From Eledone cirrhosa (Eukaryota), in NCBI GenBank assembly GCA_964016885.1, contig OZ024764.1, positions 744,001 through 808,000 of the forward strand: a stretch of DNA of 64,000 nucleotides. The letters run 5' to 3'. The notes under the pieces are model-generated. The model saw only the letters and a list, made by a program, of their open reading frames with translations. It was not told where the DNA came from and did not search any database. Within the stretch, counting starts at the first letter, position 1. Every line of letters starts with the position of its first letter. The position numbers and the translations under genes were made by a program. Shown piece after piece: positions 13,285-26,130 of this stretch.

Positions 13285-13600
13285 TTCATTTATCTAAAAA
13301 CCTTCCTTCATAATTTTATGTAAGAACCTTTGTTAAGTTATGTTCCAAACACCAACAGTGTCTTCCATTAGAAATATGGTAATGAAAGGGTTAAAGTGTT
13401 TATATTTATCTAAAGACCTTCCATCATAATTTTATGTAAGAACCTTTGTTAAGTTATGTTCCAAACACCAACAGTGTCTTCCATTAGAAATATGGTAATG
13501 AAAGGGTTAAAGTGTTTATATTTATCTAAAGACCTTCCATCATAATTTTATGTAAGAACCTTTCTTAAGTTATGTTCCAAACACCAGCAGTCTTTCAGCA
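13285..13600. repeat. 116-bp tandem repeat, about 2.7 copies
   Basis: atttatctaaa recurs at 13288, 13404 and 13520. Confidence 0.85.
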
Positions 13601-13699
13601 TATTTCTACATAAGAACCTTTAAGTTTAATATTAATAAACCCTTCAAATCTGCACTAGGGCTGGGTGAAGACAACCACAAGGATATGTTCACCCATCTC

Positions 13700-15130
13700 T
13701 CTGTATGGTGAGCAAATGGGGTCCCACGTGCTGGCTGCCCCACAGCTCCAGCAGACAGGATGGAGAAGGTGGTAAGGGAGATGTGCTGGAAGAGCCATTC
13801 CATCTCGCGAGGCTCACACCTGCGGCTGGCCAGCTCAGTGGCTATGGTGATGAATAGGGAGGTAGCCCTAGGGCCAAGGACACCAGAAGTCTCCACTGCT
13901 ACAGGTAGCCAGCTCAGTGCCTATGGTGGTGAGTAGGGAGGTAGCCCTAGGGCCAAGGACACCAGAAGTCTCCACTGCTACAGGTAGCCAGCTCAGTGCC
14001 TATGGTGGTGAGTAGGGAGGTAGCCCTAGGGCCAAGGACACCAGAAGTCTCCACTGCTACAAGTAGCCAGGTCTGTGCCTATGGTGGTGAGTAGGGAGGT
14101 AGCCCTAGGGCCAAGGACACCACAAGTCTCCACTGCTACAGGTAGCCAGGTCTGTACCTATGGTGGTGAGTAGGGAGGTAGCCCTAGGGCCAAGGACACC
14201 ACAAGTCTCCACTGCTACAGGTAGCCAGGTCTGTACCTATGGTGGTGAGTAGGGAGGTAGCCCTAGGGCCAAGGACACCAGAAGTCTCCACTGATACAGG
14301 TAGCCAGGTCTGTGCCTATGGTGGTAAGTAGGGAGGTAGCCCTAAGGCCAAGGACACCAGAAGTCTCCACTGCTACAGGTAGCCAGGTCTGTACCTATGG
14401 TGGTAAGTAGGGAGGTAGCCCTAGGGCCAAGGACACCAGAAGTCTCCACTGATACAGGTAGCCAGGTCTGTACCTATGGTGGTAAGTAGGGAGGTAGCCC
14501 TAGGGCCAAGGACACCAGAAGTTTCCACTGCTAGGGGTAGCCAGCTCTGTACCTATGGTGGTAAGTAGGGAGGTAGCCCTAGGGTCAAGGACACCAGAAG
14601 TCTCCACTGCTACAGGTAGCCAGGTCTGTACCTATGGTGGTGAGTAGGGAGGTAGCCCTAGGGCCAAGGACACCAGAAGTCTCCACTGCTAGGGGTAGCC
14701 AGGTCTGTACCTATGGTGGTGAGTAGGGAGGTAGCCCTAGGGCCAAGGACACCAGAAGTCTCCACTGCTAGGGGTAGCCAGGTCTGTACCTATGGTGGTA
14801 AGTAGGGAGGTAGCCCTGGGGCCAAAGACACCAGAAGTGTCCACTGCTAGGGGTAGCCAGGTCTGTACCTATGGTGGTAAGTAGGGAGGTAGCCCTAGGG
14901 CCAAAGACACCAGAATTGTCCACTGCTAGGGGTAGCCAGGTCTGTACCTATGGTGGTAAGTAGGGAGGTAGCCCTAGGGACGAGGACACCAGAAGTCTCC
15001 ACTGCTTGGGGTAGCCAGATCTGTACCTATGGTGGTAAGTAGGGGGGTAGCCCTAGGGACGAGGACACCAGAAGTCTCCTCTGCCAAGAGCACGACCGTG
15101 AACCTGTCGGAGAGTGACCCGTACTTACAG
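13700..15130 (-). mobile_element. CRE-clade restriction-like endonuclease region containing a 79-bp array
   Basis: KYGSLSDRFTVVLLAEETSGVL...ETSGVLGPRATSL...EPREMEWLFQHISL. Confidence 0.75.
13855..15085. repeat. 79-bp minisatellite, about 15 copies
   Basis: Unit ggtagccctagggccaaggacaccagaagtctccactgctacaggtagccaggtctgtacctatggtggtgagtaggga. Confidence 0.95.
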
Positions 15131-15454
15131 GGTAACATGTCATATATTCCATATCACATGTAACAATGGAATCTAGCTATCAGCAATCCTTCAAATTCTT
15201 ATTTTCAAAACAATTTGAAAATCCCAGGTCATTTTAAAAAAACTAAAATAAATGTCAACGAAAGGGTTTCCCTTCTGTTGTTTTACTGAACATTTCTGGA
15301 AGTTTTTTTTAAATGGCAAACATTGTTTTATATTAGAAATATAAAGAAAGGATATATAAGATGATTAAAAAAAAAAACGCTTTTCACTTTTTAAAAATAA
15401 TAATGTGGCCTCAGTAGAGGGTTGTGGGACATGTTTGTGGTATAGAGTTACATC

Positions 15455-15545
15455 CTGAGGTTAACTTTGCCTTTCATCCTTACAGGGTCGATAAAATAAA
15501 GTACCAGTAATGTACTGGTTCGATTTAATCGACTTTCTCCTACCT
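15455..15545 (+). mobile_element. SINE fragment (Meta-domain-like core)
   Basis: ctttgcctttcatcct..gggtcgataaaataaagtaccag; also at 34400, 37245, 42610, 52860 and 63905. Confidence 0.7.
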
Positions 15546-15549
15546 CAAA

Positions 15550-16545
15550 ATGATTGTGTATAGTGCTCAGGTGCACTACAACTCATCAAAGTTGCATGTA
15601 TAGTACATAGAGTAATGTACAAACGTCAGGAAAATGAACAGTGCATGAGTCATGGTATACATGTGTGTATGTGTATGGAGGGGGAATATTAGGTGTAGTG
15701 TTGGTGAATTTTAGGAAGCATGGAGGTTTTAAAGGATGCAGTGTCTCGACAGCTAACAACTGATGCAGGTAGTTTGTTCCATGGAGGTTTTAAAGGATGC
15801 AGTGTCTCGACAGCTAACAACTGGTGCAGGTAGTTTGTTCCATGGAGGTTTTAAAGGATGCAGTGTCTCGACAGCTAACAACTGATGCAGGTAGTTTGTT
15901 CCATGGAGGTTTTAAAGGATGCAGTGTCTCGACAGCTAACAACTGATGCAGGTAGTTTGTTCTATGGAGGTTTTAAAGGATGCAGTGTCTCGACAGCTAA
16001 CAACTGATGCAGGTAGTTTGTTCCATGGAGGTTTTAAAGGACGCAGTGTCTCGACAGCTAACAACTGATGCAGGTAGTTTGTTCCATGGAGGTTTTAAAG
16101 GATGCAGTGTCTCGACAGCTAACAACTGATGCAGGTAGTTTGTTCCATGGAGGTTTTAAAGGATACAGTGTCTCAACAGCTAACAACTGATGCAGGTAGT
16201 TTGTTCTATGGAGGTTTTAAAGGATGCAGTGTCTCGACAGCTAACAACTGATGCAGGCAGTTTGTTCCATGCTTCAGCAACTCTGAGCATGAAAAAATGT
16301 TACCGAAAGTCATGGGAACTGTGCTGTTTTCTGACTTTGTAGGCATGTCCACGTGTGTTAGACACATGGCGATCAAAAAGGTACTCAGGGTTGTTGTTGG
16401 CAAGATGGTTAACAATTTTGTGGGTGTTTACCAAGTCAGTTGCCAGACGTCGGAGCTTCAATGTATCCATGCCCAGGGAAGTAAGGCGCTCAGAGTATGG
16501 TAGATGCTTGATGGAGGGTATTCGCTTGATTGCACTTGGCCTTTT
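15550..16545 (-). mobile_element. CR1-clade LINE 3' end with internal 61-bp array
   Basis: LPYSERLTSLGMDTLKLRRLATDL..HKI, NTRGHAYKVRKQ, WNKLPASVVSCRDTASFK, followed by 3' UTR. Confidence 0.85.
15719..16270. repeat. 61-bp minisatellite, about 9 copies
   Basis: Unit atggaggttttaaaggatgcagtgtctcgacagctaacaactgatgcaggtagtttgttcc. Confidence 0.95.
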
Positions 16546-16804
16546 GCTTAAATCATGGCCTCGCTGTTTAGATAGTGCTACAGTATGGCCGGGTTTGTTA
16601 GAATTTATATTAAAATCGAATAAAGTGTTTATTTCATGTTTCATCTGTGTTTATATATTCAAAATATTTTCCTTTCTCATAATATTTCTCAGTATATTAG
16701 GCCTTAAACTTGAGTGTTTGGGGCATACAATCAAGATTTTCCACGGCATCACCAGAGCTCTGCACTCACTCCGCTTATCCCGTGAAGTGACAGAGTACAA
16801 GACT

Positions 16805-16960
16805 TCCACCCTGGACAGGACGCTAGTCCATCACAGGGTTAAACCCCCAGCTATTACTGGTACTCATTTTCAGCTGAGTATAGTGGAGCAACGTGAAATG
16901 AAGTGTTTTGCTCAAGAACACAACACACAACCCTGGAATCGAACACCCTCACCACTAGAC
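16805..16960 (-). mobile_element. tRNA-derived SINE
   Basis: Minus strand has B-box-like gttcgattcc, then gtgttcttgagcaaaacac and gatggactagcgtcctgtccagggtgg; relatives at about 32030 and 34830. Confidence 0.65.
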
Positions 16961-17340
16961 CTCATAGTATATATATATTGGAAAATGTGTGAAATGTTTG
17001 GTACAGTTAGGTATCCTTAAAAAAAGGGGGTTAACCCCCACTTATTACTGGTACTCATGTTCAGCTGAATTATACTGGTCGTAAAAACTAAAACAGTTGT
17101 AAATTCCTTTGTTTTCCTATCACTTCCTTCCTCTGTATGTCCATCATTGGTTAACTGTCGATCAGTGTTTGTAAAGATCGATATCGACTAAATTGTGAGT
17201 TTATTTCGCCATCATGAAGTCCCAGGTTCGATCACATCCCATGTGAAACTGGGTAGACAGAAACTGTATAGAAGTCTGTAATGGCCAGTCTTATAGCGCT
17301 GAATCTCCCTGAGAATTACTTATGTAATTATAGAGTAACT

Positions 17341-17640
17341 TCTAGTGCTGTAGCATGGCCAGGCCGTTTAGATCTTGCTGTGGTATGGCCAGGATGTTTA
17401 GACATTGCTGTAGCATGGCCAGGCTGTTTAGATAGTGCTGTAGTATGGCCAGGATGTTTAGATAGTGCTGTAGCATGGCCAGGCCGTTTAGATAGTGCTG
17501 TAGCATGGCCAGGCTGTTTAGATAGTGCCGTAGCATGGCCAGGCTGTTTAGATGGTGCCGTAGCATGGCCAGGATGTTTAGATGGTGCTGTAGCATGGCC
17601 AGGCTTTTTAGATATTACTGTAGCATGGCCAGGATACTTG
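17341..17640. repeat. 30-bp minisatellite, about 10 copies
   Basis: Unit gatagtgctgtagcatggccaggctgttta. Confidence 0.92.
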
Positions 17641-17961
17641 GAACATGCGCACTGGATGTCTAAATCTTGCGCGTGCGCATTCAACTCCATCCAAAACAAG
17701 AAAGAAAAAAATGGCCGTCAGTTTGTAGAATTTTCCAATCTTTCCCGAAACTCTCGCTAAATGGTTTAACAATGGACAGGAGCAGCTTTCCGAAAGGTAA
17801 CCTAGATTTTATATTATGTTGAGATGTTTTTGTAAATCTTTCCCTCTTCGTCTCCTATGGTCTACTATTTACACCTGCCTAGTTGTTAACCTATTCTTAA
17901 CGAGACACACCTGTTTCATTACATTGCCAATATAACAACATTTAACATTTTTTATTGATTA

Positions 17962-18186
17962 ATTTGTAACAGAATTCGACTATGTTTTACCTGTCGAAGA
18001 ATCGAAACCTAATCTAAAGGTTGTGGCCTGTCAAACCACCTTTTGTTAGGAATTCTCACCATTGTCCTGTCAAAAGACAACTATGATAAACGTATATACC
18101 ACTTGACCTGGACAGGACAATGGTGAGAATTTTTAGATTCGGTTCCGAATCTTCGCCAGGTAAAACACTCGAATTCTGTTACAAAT
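17962..18186. mobile_element. MITE-like foldback element
   Basis: About 55-bp imperfect terminal inverted repeats (atttgtaacagaattcga.../...tcgaattctgttacaaat) plus an inner inverted repeat aattctcaccattgtcctgtc. Confidence 0.7.
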
Positions 18187-18879
18187 ATGTATCTAGTACA
18201 GTTTAAAAATTCATTACCTTATTTCTAATGAAATACACAGACCAAGTGTTCCAATTCGTGTTGAAAATAAACAATAAAATGTAGGGATTTAATAAAATTC
18301 AACGTGTTTCTTTTTTATTCACAAATAATTTGTCGAGTGTATTTCTTTAAAACTCTTCTTAGTTTTAGTTAATATTTCGATGTATTTAAATGCTTCTTTC
18401 AAGATAGAGATGGAAGACCTTAAATTGTTGATTCAATTCTTGAACCGTGCTAAATATTTTCTGAAACTGTTGTAAATTCATTTTGTATTCTGGAGCATCC
18501 AGGGGTGTGTGTCTCATGGGGGTTTCTTGGGTGTTTTAACGATAGGGTCCACAGTGCAGTTATTCAATCCCCACCCCTACACACGTATATGTTAGGTAAG
18601 TCCGTAATTAAAGTTACAGGCGGTGTGTGTTTTTGATGATAAACTCGCATATTTGATGAGATATTGAGGCAGAGCCGGGCCCCGGTCATTATGATTGTAC
18701 CATGAGATGATCGATATCGATACGATTGCAATATACCAATAAAGTTTATATATATATATATATAATATGTGCGAGACACGGTCACTCAACTTGCCTCCAA
18801 ATGGGACAAACCCGTCTAACCCATGCTAGCGTGGAAGATAGACGTTAAACAATGATGATATATATATAGGCATAATTAT

Positions 18880-19460
18880 GTCCTCAGGTGCCTCGCATTC
18901 ATTCACCTTCGATGGACATAGCCTTGGCCAGGCGGTGTTGATGTCAACTGGCCGTGTCCTCCGTTCATTGAGAATTTTGACCCTCAACCGTAACACCCTC
19001 TCGCTGGTGTGTCAGCATTGGTGGCCAAATTACTGCCCATTATCGCCATACGCTGCGAACCTTTCTCCCTCACTCCTACAAAAGTTCTTAATATTTGGCC
19101 TTCCTATCACGAACTCCTACAGAGATTCCATAGTGATCCTGGGCAGGTGATGATCCTTCATGCTGGAGACGTGCCCTGCCCAGCGTAGTTGGGAGTTCAG
19201 CTTCATGTTTAATCTTCCACACGTTAGTACAGTCTACCAAATTAATTTCTCACCTTTGCTAGTCTGTTGCTGATTTCCCTGTCAATCTTGGCACCCGATG
19301 TGAAGATGTACCCCAGGTAGCTGAAATGATGGACTGTTTTCAGTTCAGTCTCGCCAATGGTGATATTGGGAGGGTGGTACACTTCCTGGGGTGCAGGATG
19401 GTGGAATACCTCCATCTTCTTTAAGCTTACTTACAGTCAATAGAGCTGGGCAGCCTCTGT
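18880..19460 (-). mobile_element. RTE (BovB-like) RT C-terminal fragment
   Basis: ITIGETELKTVHHFSYLG, QLRWAGHVSSMKD, GRPNIK motifs on the minus strand. Confidence 0.75.
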
Positions 19461-19469
19461 GATAAACGA

Positions 19470-22400
19470 ATGGGCCTTCCTTTTAAGGTCCCTGATATAC
19501 AGTGTTCTGTGGAAGCTGTCTCTCGATACGGCAGCTGTTACATCTAAGCTTGTGTTTGTCTTTTAACGTCCCTGATATACAGTGGTAGCTGTCCCTCTAT
19601 ACGGTAGCTGTTACATCTAAGGATGGCTCTGTCTTATAACTTACCTAATATACAGTACTCTGTGATAGCTATCATTCCACACGGCCCACAGTTACATGTA
19701 TTTAAAAAATGGGTCTTTTAACGTCCCTGATAAACTGTATATTATGGCAGCTGTCCCTCGATACGGCCCACAAATCTAATATAAGTTGTCCCCCTACACG
19801 GCAGATGTTACATCTAAGGTTGTGTTTGTCTTTTAACGTCCTTGATAAACTGTATATTGTGGTAGCTATCCCTCCTTACCGTCCACAGTTACATCTATGG
19901 CTGGGTCTCTCTTTTAACGTCCCTGATATACAGTATTCTGTGCTAGCTATCATTCCACACGACCTACAGTTACATCTCAGGATGGTTCTGTCTTATAACT
20001 TCCCTTATATACAGTATATTGTGGTAGTTGACCCTCTATACGGCTGCTGTTACATCTAATATAAGGCTGGGTTTATCTTTTAACGTCCTTAATATACAGT
20101 ATATTGTGGTAGCTGTCCCTTTATACGGCTGCTGTTACATCTAATATAAGGCTGGGTTTATCTTTTAACGTCCTTACTATACAGTATATTGTGGTAGCTG
20201 TCCCTCTATACGGCTGCTGTTACATCTAATATAAGGCTGGGTTTATCTTTTAACGTCCTTAATATACAGTATATTGTGGTAGCTGTCCCTTTATACGGCT
20301 GCTGTTACATCTAATATAAGGCTGGGTTTATCTTTTAACGTCCTTACTATACAGTATATTGTGGTAGCTGTCCCTCTATACGGCTGCTGTTACATCTAAT
20401 ATAAGGCTGGCTTTGTCTTTTAACGTCCTTAATATACAGTATATTGTGGTAGCTGTCCCTCTATACGGCTGCTGTTACATCTAATATAAGGCTGGGTTTA
20501 TCTTTTAACGTCCTTAATATACCGTATATGGTGGTAGCTGACCCTCTATAAGGCTGGGTTTGTCTTTTAACGTCCTTAATATACAGTATATTGTGGTAGC
20601 TGTCCCTTTATACGGCTGCTGTTACATCTAATATAAGGCTGGCTTTGTCTTTTAACGTCCTTAATATACAGTATATTGTGGTAGCTGTCCCTTTATACGG
20701 CTGCTGTTACATCTAATATAAGGCTGGGTTTATCTTTTAACGTCCTTAATATACAGTATATTGTGGTAGCTGTCCCTCTATACGGCTGCTGTTACATCTA
20801 ATATAAGGCTGGGTTTGTCTTTTAACGTCCTTAATATACAGTATATTGTGGTAGCTGTCCCTCTATGCGGCTGCTGTTACATCTAATATAAGGCTGGCTT
20901 TGTCTTTTAACGTCCTTAATATACAGTATATTGTGGTAGCTGTCCCTTTATACGGCTGCTGTTACATCTAATATAAGGCTGGGTTTATCTTTTAACGTCC
21001 TTAATATACAGTATATTGTGGTAGCTGTCCCTCTATACGGCTGCTGTTACATCTAATATAAGGCTGGCTTTGTCTTTTAACGTCCTTAATATACAGTATA
21101 TTGTGGTAGCTGTCCCTCTATACAGCTGCTATTACATCTAATATAAGGCTGGGTTTATCTTTTAACGTCCTTAATATACAGTATATTGTGGTAGCTGTCC
21201 CTCTATACGGCTGCTGTTACATCTAATATAAGGCTGGCTTTGTCTTTTAACGTCCTTAATATACAGTATATTGTGGTAGCTGTCCCTCTATACAGCTGCT
21301 ATTACATCTAATATAAGGCTGGGTTTATCTTTTAACGTCCTTAATATACAGTATATTGTGGTAGCTGTCCCTCTATACGGCTGCTGTTACATCTAATATA
21401 AGGCTGGCTTTGTCTTTTAACGTCCTTAATATACAGTATATTGTGGTAGCTGTCCCTCTATACGGCTGCTGTTACATCTAATATAAGGCTGGCTTTATCT
21501 TTTAACGTCCTTAATATACAGTTTATTGTGGTAGCTGTCCCTTTATACGGCTGCTGTTACATCTAATATAAGGCTGGGTTTGTCTTTTAACGTCCTTAAT
21601 ATACAGTATATTGTGGTAGCTGACCCTCTATACGGCTGCTGTTACATCTAATATAAAGCTGGCTGTGCCTTTTAACGTCCTTAATATACAGTATATTGTG
21701 GTAGCTGTCCTTCTATACGGCTGCTGTTACATCTAATATAAGGCTGGCTTTGTCTTTTAACGTCCTTAATATACAGTATATTGTGGTAGCTGACCCTCTA
21801 TACGGCTGCTGTTACATCTAATATAAGGCTGGCTGTGCCTTTTAACGTCCTTAATATACAGTATATAGTGGTAGCTGTCTTTCTATACGGCTGCTGTTAC
21901 ATCTAATATAAGGCTGGCTTTGTCTTTTAACGTCCTTAATATACAGTATATTGTGGTAGCTGTCCTTCTATACGGCTGCTGTTACATCTAATATAAGGCT
22001 GGGTTTGTCTTTTAACGTCCTTAATATACAGTATATTGTGGTAGCTGTCCCTCTATACGGCTGCTGTTACATCTAATATAAGGCTGGGTTTGTCTTTTAA
22101 CGTCCTTAATATACAGTATATTGTGGTAGCTGTCCCTCTATACAGCTGCTATTACATCTAATATAAGGCTGGGTTTATCTTTTAACGTCCTTAATATGCA
22201 GTATATTGTGGTAGCTGTCCCTCTATACGGCTGCTGTTACATCTAATATAAGACTGGCTTTGTCTTTTAACGTCCTTAATATACAGTATATTGTGGTAGC
22301 TGTCCCTCTATACGGCTGCTGTTACATCTAATATAAGGCTGGCTTTGTCTTTTAACGTCCTTAATATACAGTATATTGTGGTAGCTGTCCCTCTATACGG

Positions 22401-25130
22401 CTGCTGTTACATCTAATATAAGGCTGGGTTTGTCTTTTAACGTCCTTAATATACAGTATATTGTGGTAGCTGTCCCTCTATACGGCTGCTGTTACATCTA
22501 ATATAAGGCTGGCTTTGTCTTTTAACGTCCTTAATATACAGTATATTGTGGTAGCTGTCCCTCTATACGGCTGCTGTTACATCTAATATAAGGCTGGGTT
22601 TGTCTTTTAACGTCCTTAATATACAGTATATTGTGGTAGCTGTCCCTCTATACGGCTGCTGTTACATCTAATATAAGGCTGGCTTTGTCTTTTAACGTCC
22701 TTAATATACAGTATATTGTGGTAGCTGACCCTCTATACGGCTGCTGTTACATCTAATATAAAGCTGGCTGTGCCTTTTAACGTCCTTAATATACAGTATA
22801 TTGTGTTAGCTGTCCCTCTATACGGCTGCTGTTACATCTAATATAAGGCTGGGTTTATCTTTTAACGTCCTTAATATACAGTTTATTGTGGTAGCTGTCC
22901 CTTTATACGGCTGCTGTTACATCTAATATAAGGCTGGGTTTGTCTTTTAACGTCCTTAATATACAGTATATTGTGGTAGCTGACCCTCTATACGGCTGCT
23001 GTTACATCTAATATAAAGCTGGCTGTGCCTTTTAACGTCCTTAATATACAGTATATTGTGGTAGCTGTCCTTCTATACGGCTGCTGTTACATCTAATATA
23101 AGGCTGGCTTTGTCTTTTAACGTCCTTAATATACAGTATATTGTGGTAGCTGTCCTTCTATACGGCTGCTGTTACATCTAATATAAGGCTGGGTTTGTCT
23201 TTTAACGTCCTTAATATACAGTATATTGTGGTAGCTGTCCCTCTATACGGCTGCTGTTACATCTAATATAAGGCTGGGTTTGTCTTTTAACGTCCTTAAT
23301 ATACAGTATATTGTGGTAGCTGTCCCTCTATACAGCTGCTATTACATCTAATATAAGGCTGGGTTTATCTTTTAACGTCCTTAATATGCAGTATATTGTG
23401 GTAGCTGTCCCTCTATACGGCTGCTGTTACATCTAATATAAGGCTGGCTTTGTCTTTTAACGTCCTTAATATACAGTATATTGTGGTAGCTGTCCCTCTA
23501 TACGGCTGCTGTTACATCTAATATAAGGCTGGGTTTGTCTTTTAACGTCCTTAATATACAGTATATTGTGGTAGCTGTCCCTCTATACGGCTGCTGTTAC
23601 ATCTAATATAAGGCTGGCTTTGTCTTTTAACGTCCTTAATATACAGTATATTGTGGTAGCTGTCCCTCTATACGGCTGCTGTTACATCTAATATAAGGCT
23701 GGGTTTATCTTTTAACGTCCTTAATATACAGTATATTGTGGTAGCTGTCCCTCTATACGGCTGCTGTTATATCTAATATAAGGCTGGGTTTGTCTTTTAA
23801 CGTCCTTAATATGCAGTATATTGTGTTAGCTGTCCCTCTATACGGCTGCTGTTACATCTAATATAAGGCTGGGTTTATCTTTTAACGTCCTTAATATACA
23901 GTTTATTGTGGTAGCTGTCCCTTTATACGGCTGCTGTTACATCTAATATAAGGCTGGGTTTGTCTTTTAACGTCCTTAATATACAGTATATTGTGGTAGC
24001 TGACCCTCTATACGGCTGCTGTTACATCTAATATAAAGCTGGCTGTGCCTTTTAACGTCCTTAATATACAGTATATTGTGGTAGCTGTCCCTCTATACGG
24101 CTGCTGTTATATCTAATATAAGGCTGGGTTTCTCTTTTAACGTCCTTAATATGCAGTATATTGTGTTAGCTGTCCCTCTATACGGCTGCTGTTACATCTA
24201 ATATAAGGCTGGGTTTATCTTTTAACGTCCTTAATATACAGTTTATTGTGGTAGCTGTCCCTTTATACGGCTGCTGTTACATCTAATATAAGGCTGGGTT
24301 TGTCTTTTAACGTCCTTAATATACAGTATATTGTGGTAGCTGACCCTCTATACGGCTGCTGTTACATCTAATATAAAGCTGGCTGTGCCTTTTAACGTCC
24401 TTAATATACAGTATATAGTGGTAGCTGTCTTTCTATACGGCTGCTGTTACATCTAATATAAGGCTGGCTTTGTCTTTTAACGTCCTTAATATACAGTATA
24501 TTGTGGTAGCTGTCCTTCTATACGGCTGCTGTTACATCTAATATAAGGCTGGGTTTGTCTTTTAACGTCCTTAATATACAGTATATTGTGGTAGCTGTCC
24601 CTCTATACGGCTGCTGTTACATCTAATATAAGGCTGGGTTTGTCTTTTAACGTCCTTAATATACAGTATATTGTGGTAGCTGTCCCTCTATACGGCTGCT
24701 GTTACATCTAATATAAGGCTGGCTTTGTCTTCTAACGTCCTTAATATACAGTATATTGTGGTAGCTGTCCCTCTATACAGCTGCTGTTACATCTAATATA
24801 AGGTTGGGTTTGTCTTTTAACGTCCTTAATATACAGTATATTGTGGTAGCTGTCCCTCTATACGGCTGCTGTTACATCTAATATAAGGCTGGGTTTGTCT
24901 TTTAACGTCCTTAATATACAGTATATTGTGGTAGCTGTCCCTCTATACAGCTGCTGTTACATCTAATATAAGGCTGGGTTTGTCTTTTAACGTCCTTAAT
25001 ATACAGTATATTGTGGTAGCTGTCCCTCTATACGGCTGCTGTTACATCTAATATAAGGCTGGCTGTGTCTTTTAACGTCATTAATATACAGTATATTGTG
25101 GTAGCTGTCCCTCTATACAGGCCACAGGTA
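19470..25130. repeat. 85-bp satellite; about 60 homogeneous copies (about 20010-25120) with a diverged left edge
   Basis: Unit tttaacgtccttaatatacagtatattgtggtagctgtccctctatacggctgctgttacatctaatataaggctgggtttgtct. Confidence 0.97.
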
Positions 25131-25349
25131 CAGCTAATATAATGTTGGGTCTGTCTCTCGCACCATATGGCCCACAGTTGCAGCTTATAAAAGGTTGACC
25201 TGTTTTTTAACATCCCAAGAACTGGGGTCACCTGTCACTGGCACACTTAACCTCCTCCTCTCTCTTTCGCTAGGCCACACCCTCAAACCTAGAATCAATC
25301 AAGGTACGTGTATATATATATATAGGCATAATTACCTCTTCAAGAAGAT

Positions 25350-26130
25350 AACTCGCATTTATTCACCTTCGGTGGACATAGCCTTCGCCAGGAGGTGTTG
25401 GTGTCACCCTCCCGCTGGTGGGTCAGCAGCATTGATCTAATTACTGCCCATCTTCGCCTCCTGCTCTAAAGGCAGCAAGAGGCCCTTTCTGCTACATCCT
25501 GCCAACTGCAGCCCTTTCTCTTCCTGTCATTCCAATGGCAGTGACCATTCTCTATACTGAGTAAGCCGGGAATCCCCTGTAGCCCACCTCCACCCTCGTT
25601 ATCTTCTGAGGCTCTCCTTTTTTTTGATTTGGGTTTAAAGTGGAGCTTGAGTTTGCAGCGTACGAGACGATGGTCGGTGTGACATTCGGCACTGGGCATC
25701 ACTCTGCTATGTAAGAGGTCTTTCAGGTCACATCAGCGCCCTGGGATATAATCAATGGTGTGCCACTGTTTGGAACAAAGGTGTATCCAGGTTGTTTTCA
25801 AACGGTCTTTCTGCTGCAAGATGATCTTCTTCGCAGAACTCAGCCAACAAGCATCCTCTGTCAAGCCAAGCACTCCCTCCCAGGCCGACGCCGTTGAAAT
25901 CATCCACAGAAGTGACCTGTAAGAGGGTGTATCTGGTGCCATGGTCTTGTAGGTGGCCTTCCTCTGGGAAGTGGACCTCACTGAGAGCAGCGATGTCAAC
26001 ATTCAGTGTTGACAGTTGGTGTGGAATTAGAACAGATTGACATACTCTGGGTGACTGTGTCTAACAAGGTCCTGAGGTTCCAGCATGTGATTTTTGGTCC
26101 ATTGAAGGTGGGTGTTTACCTTTTATTCTT
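25350..26130 (-). mobile_element. RTE LINE, heavily deleted (APE endonuclease + C-terminus)
   Basis: ITCWNLRTLLD; QQKDRLKTTWIH..SKQWHTIDYI; MPSAECHTDHRLVRCKLKLHF. Confidence 0.8.
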
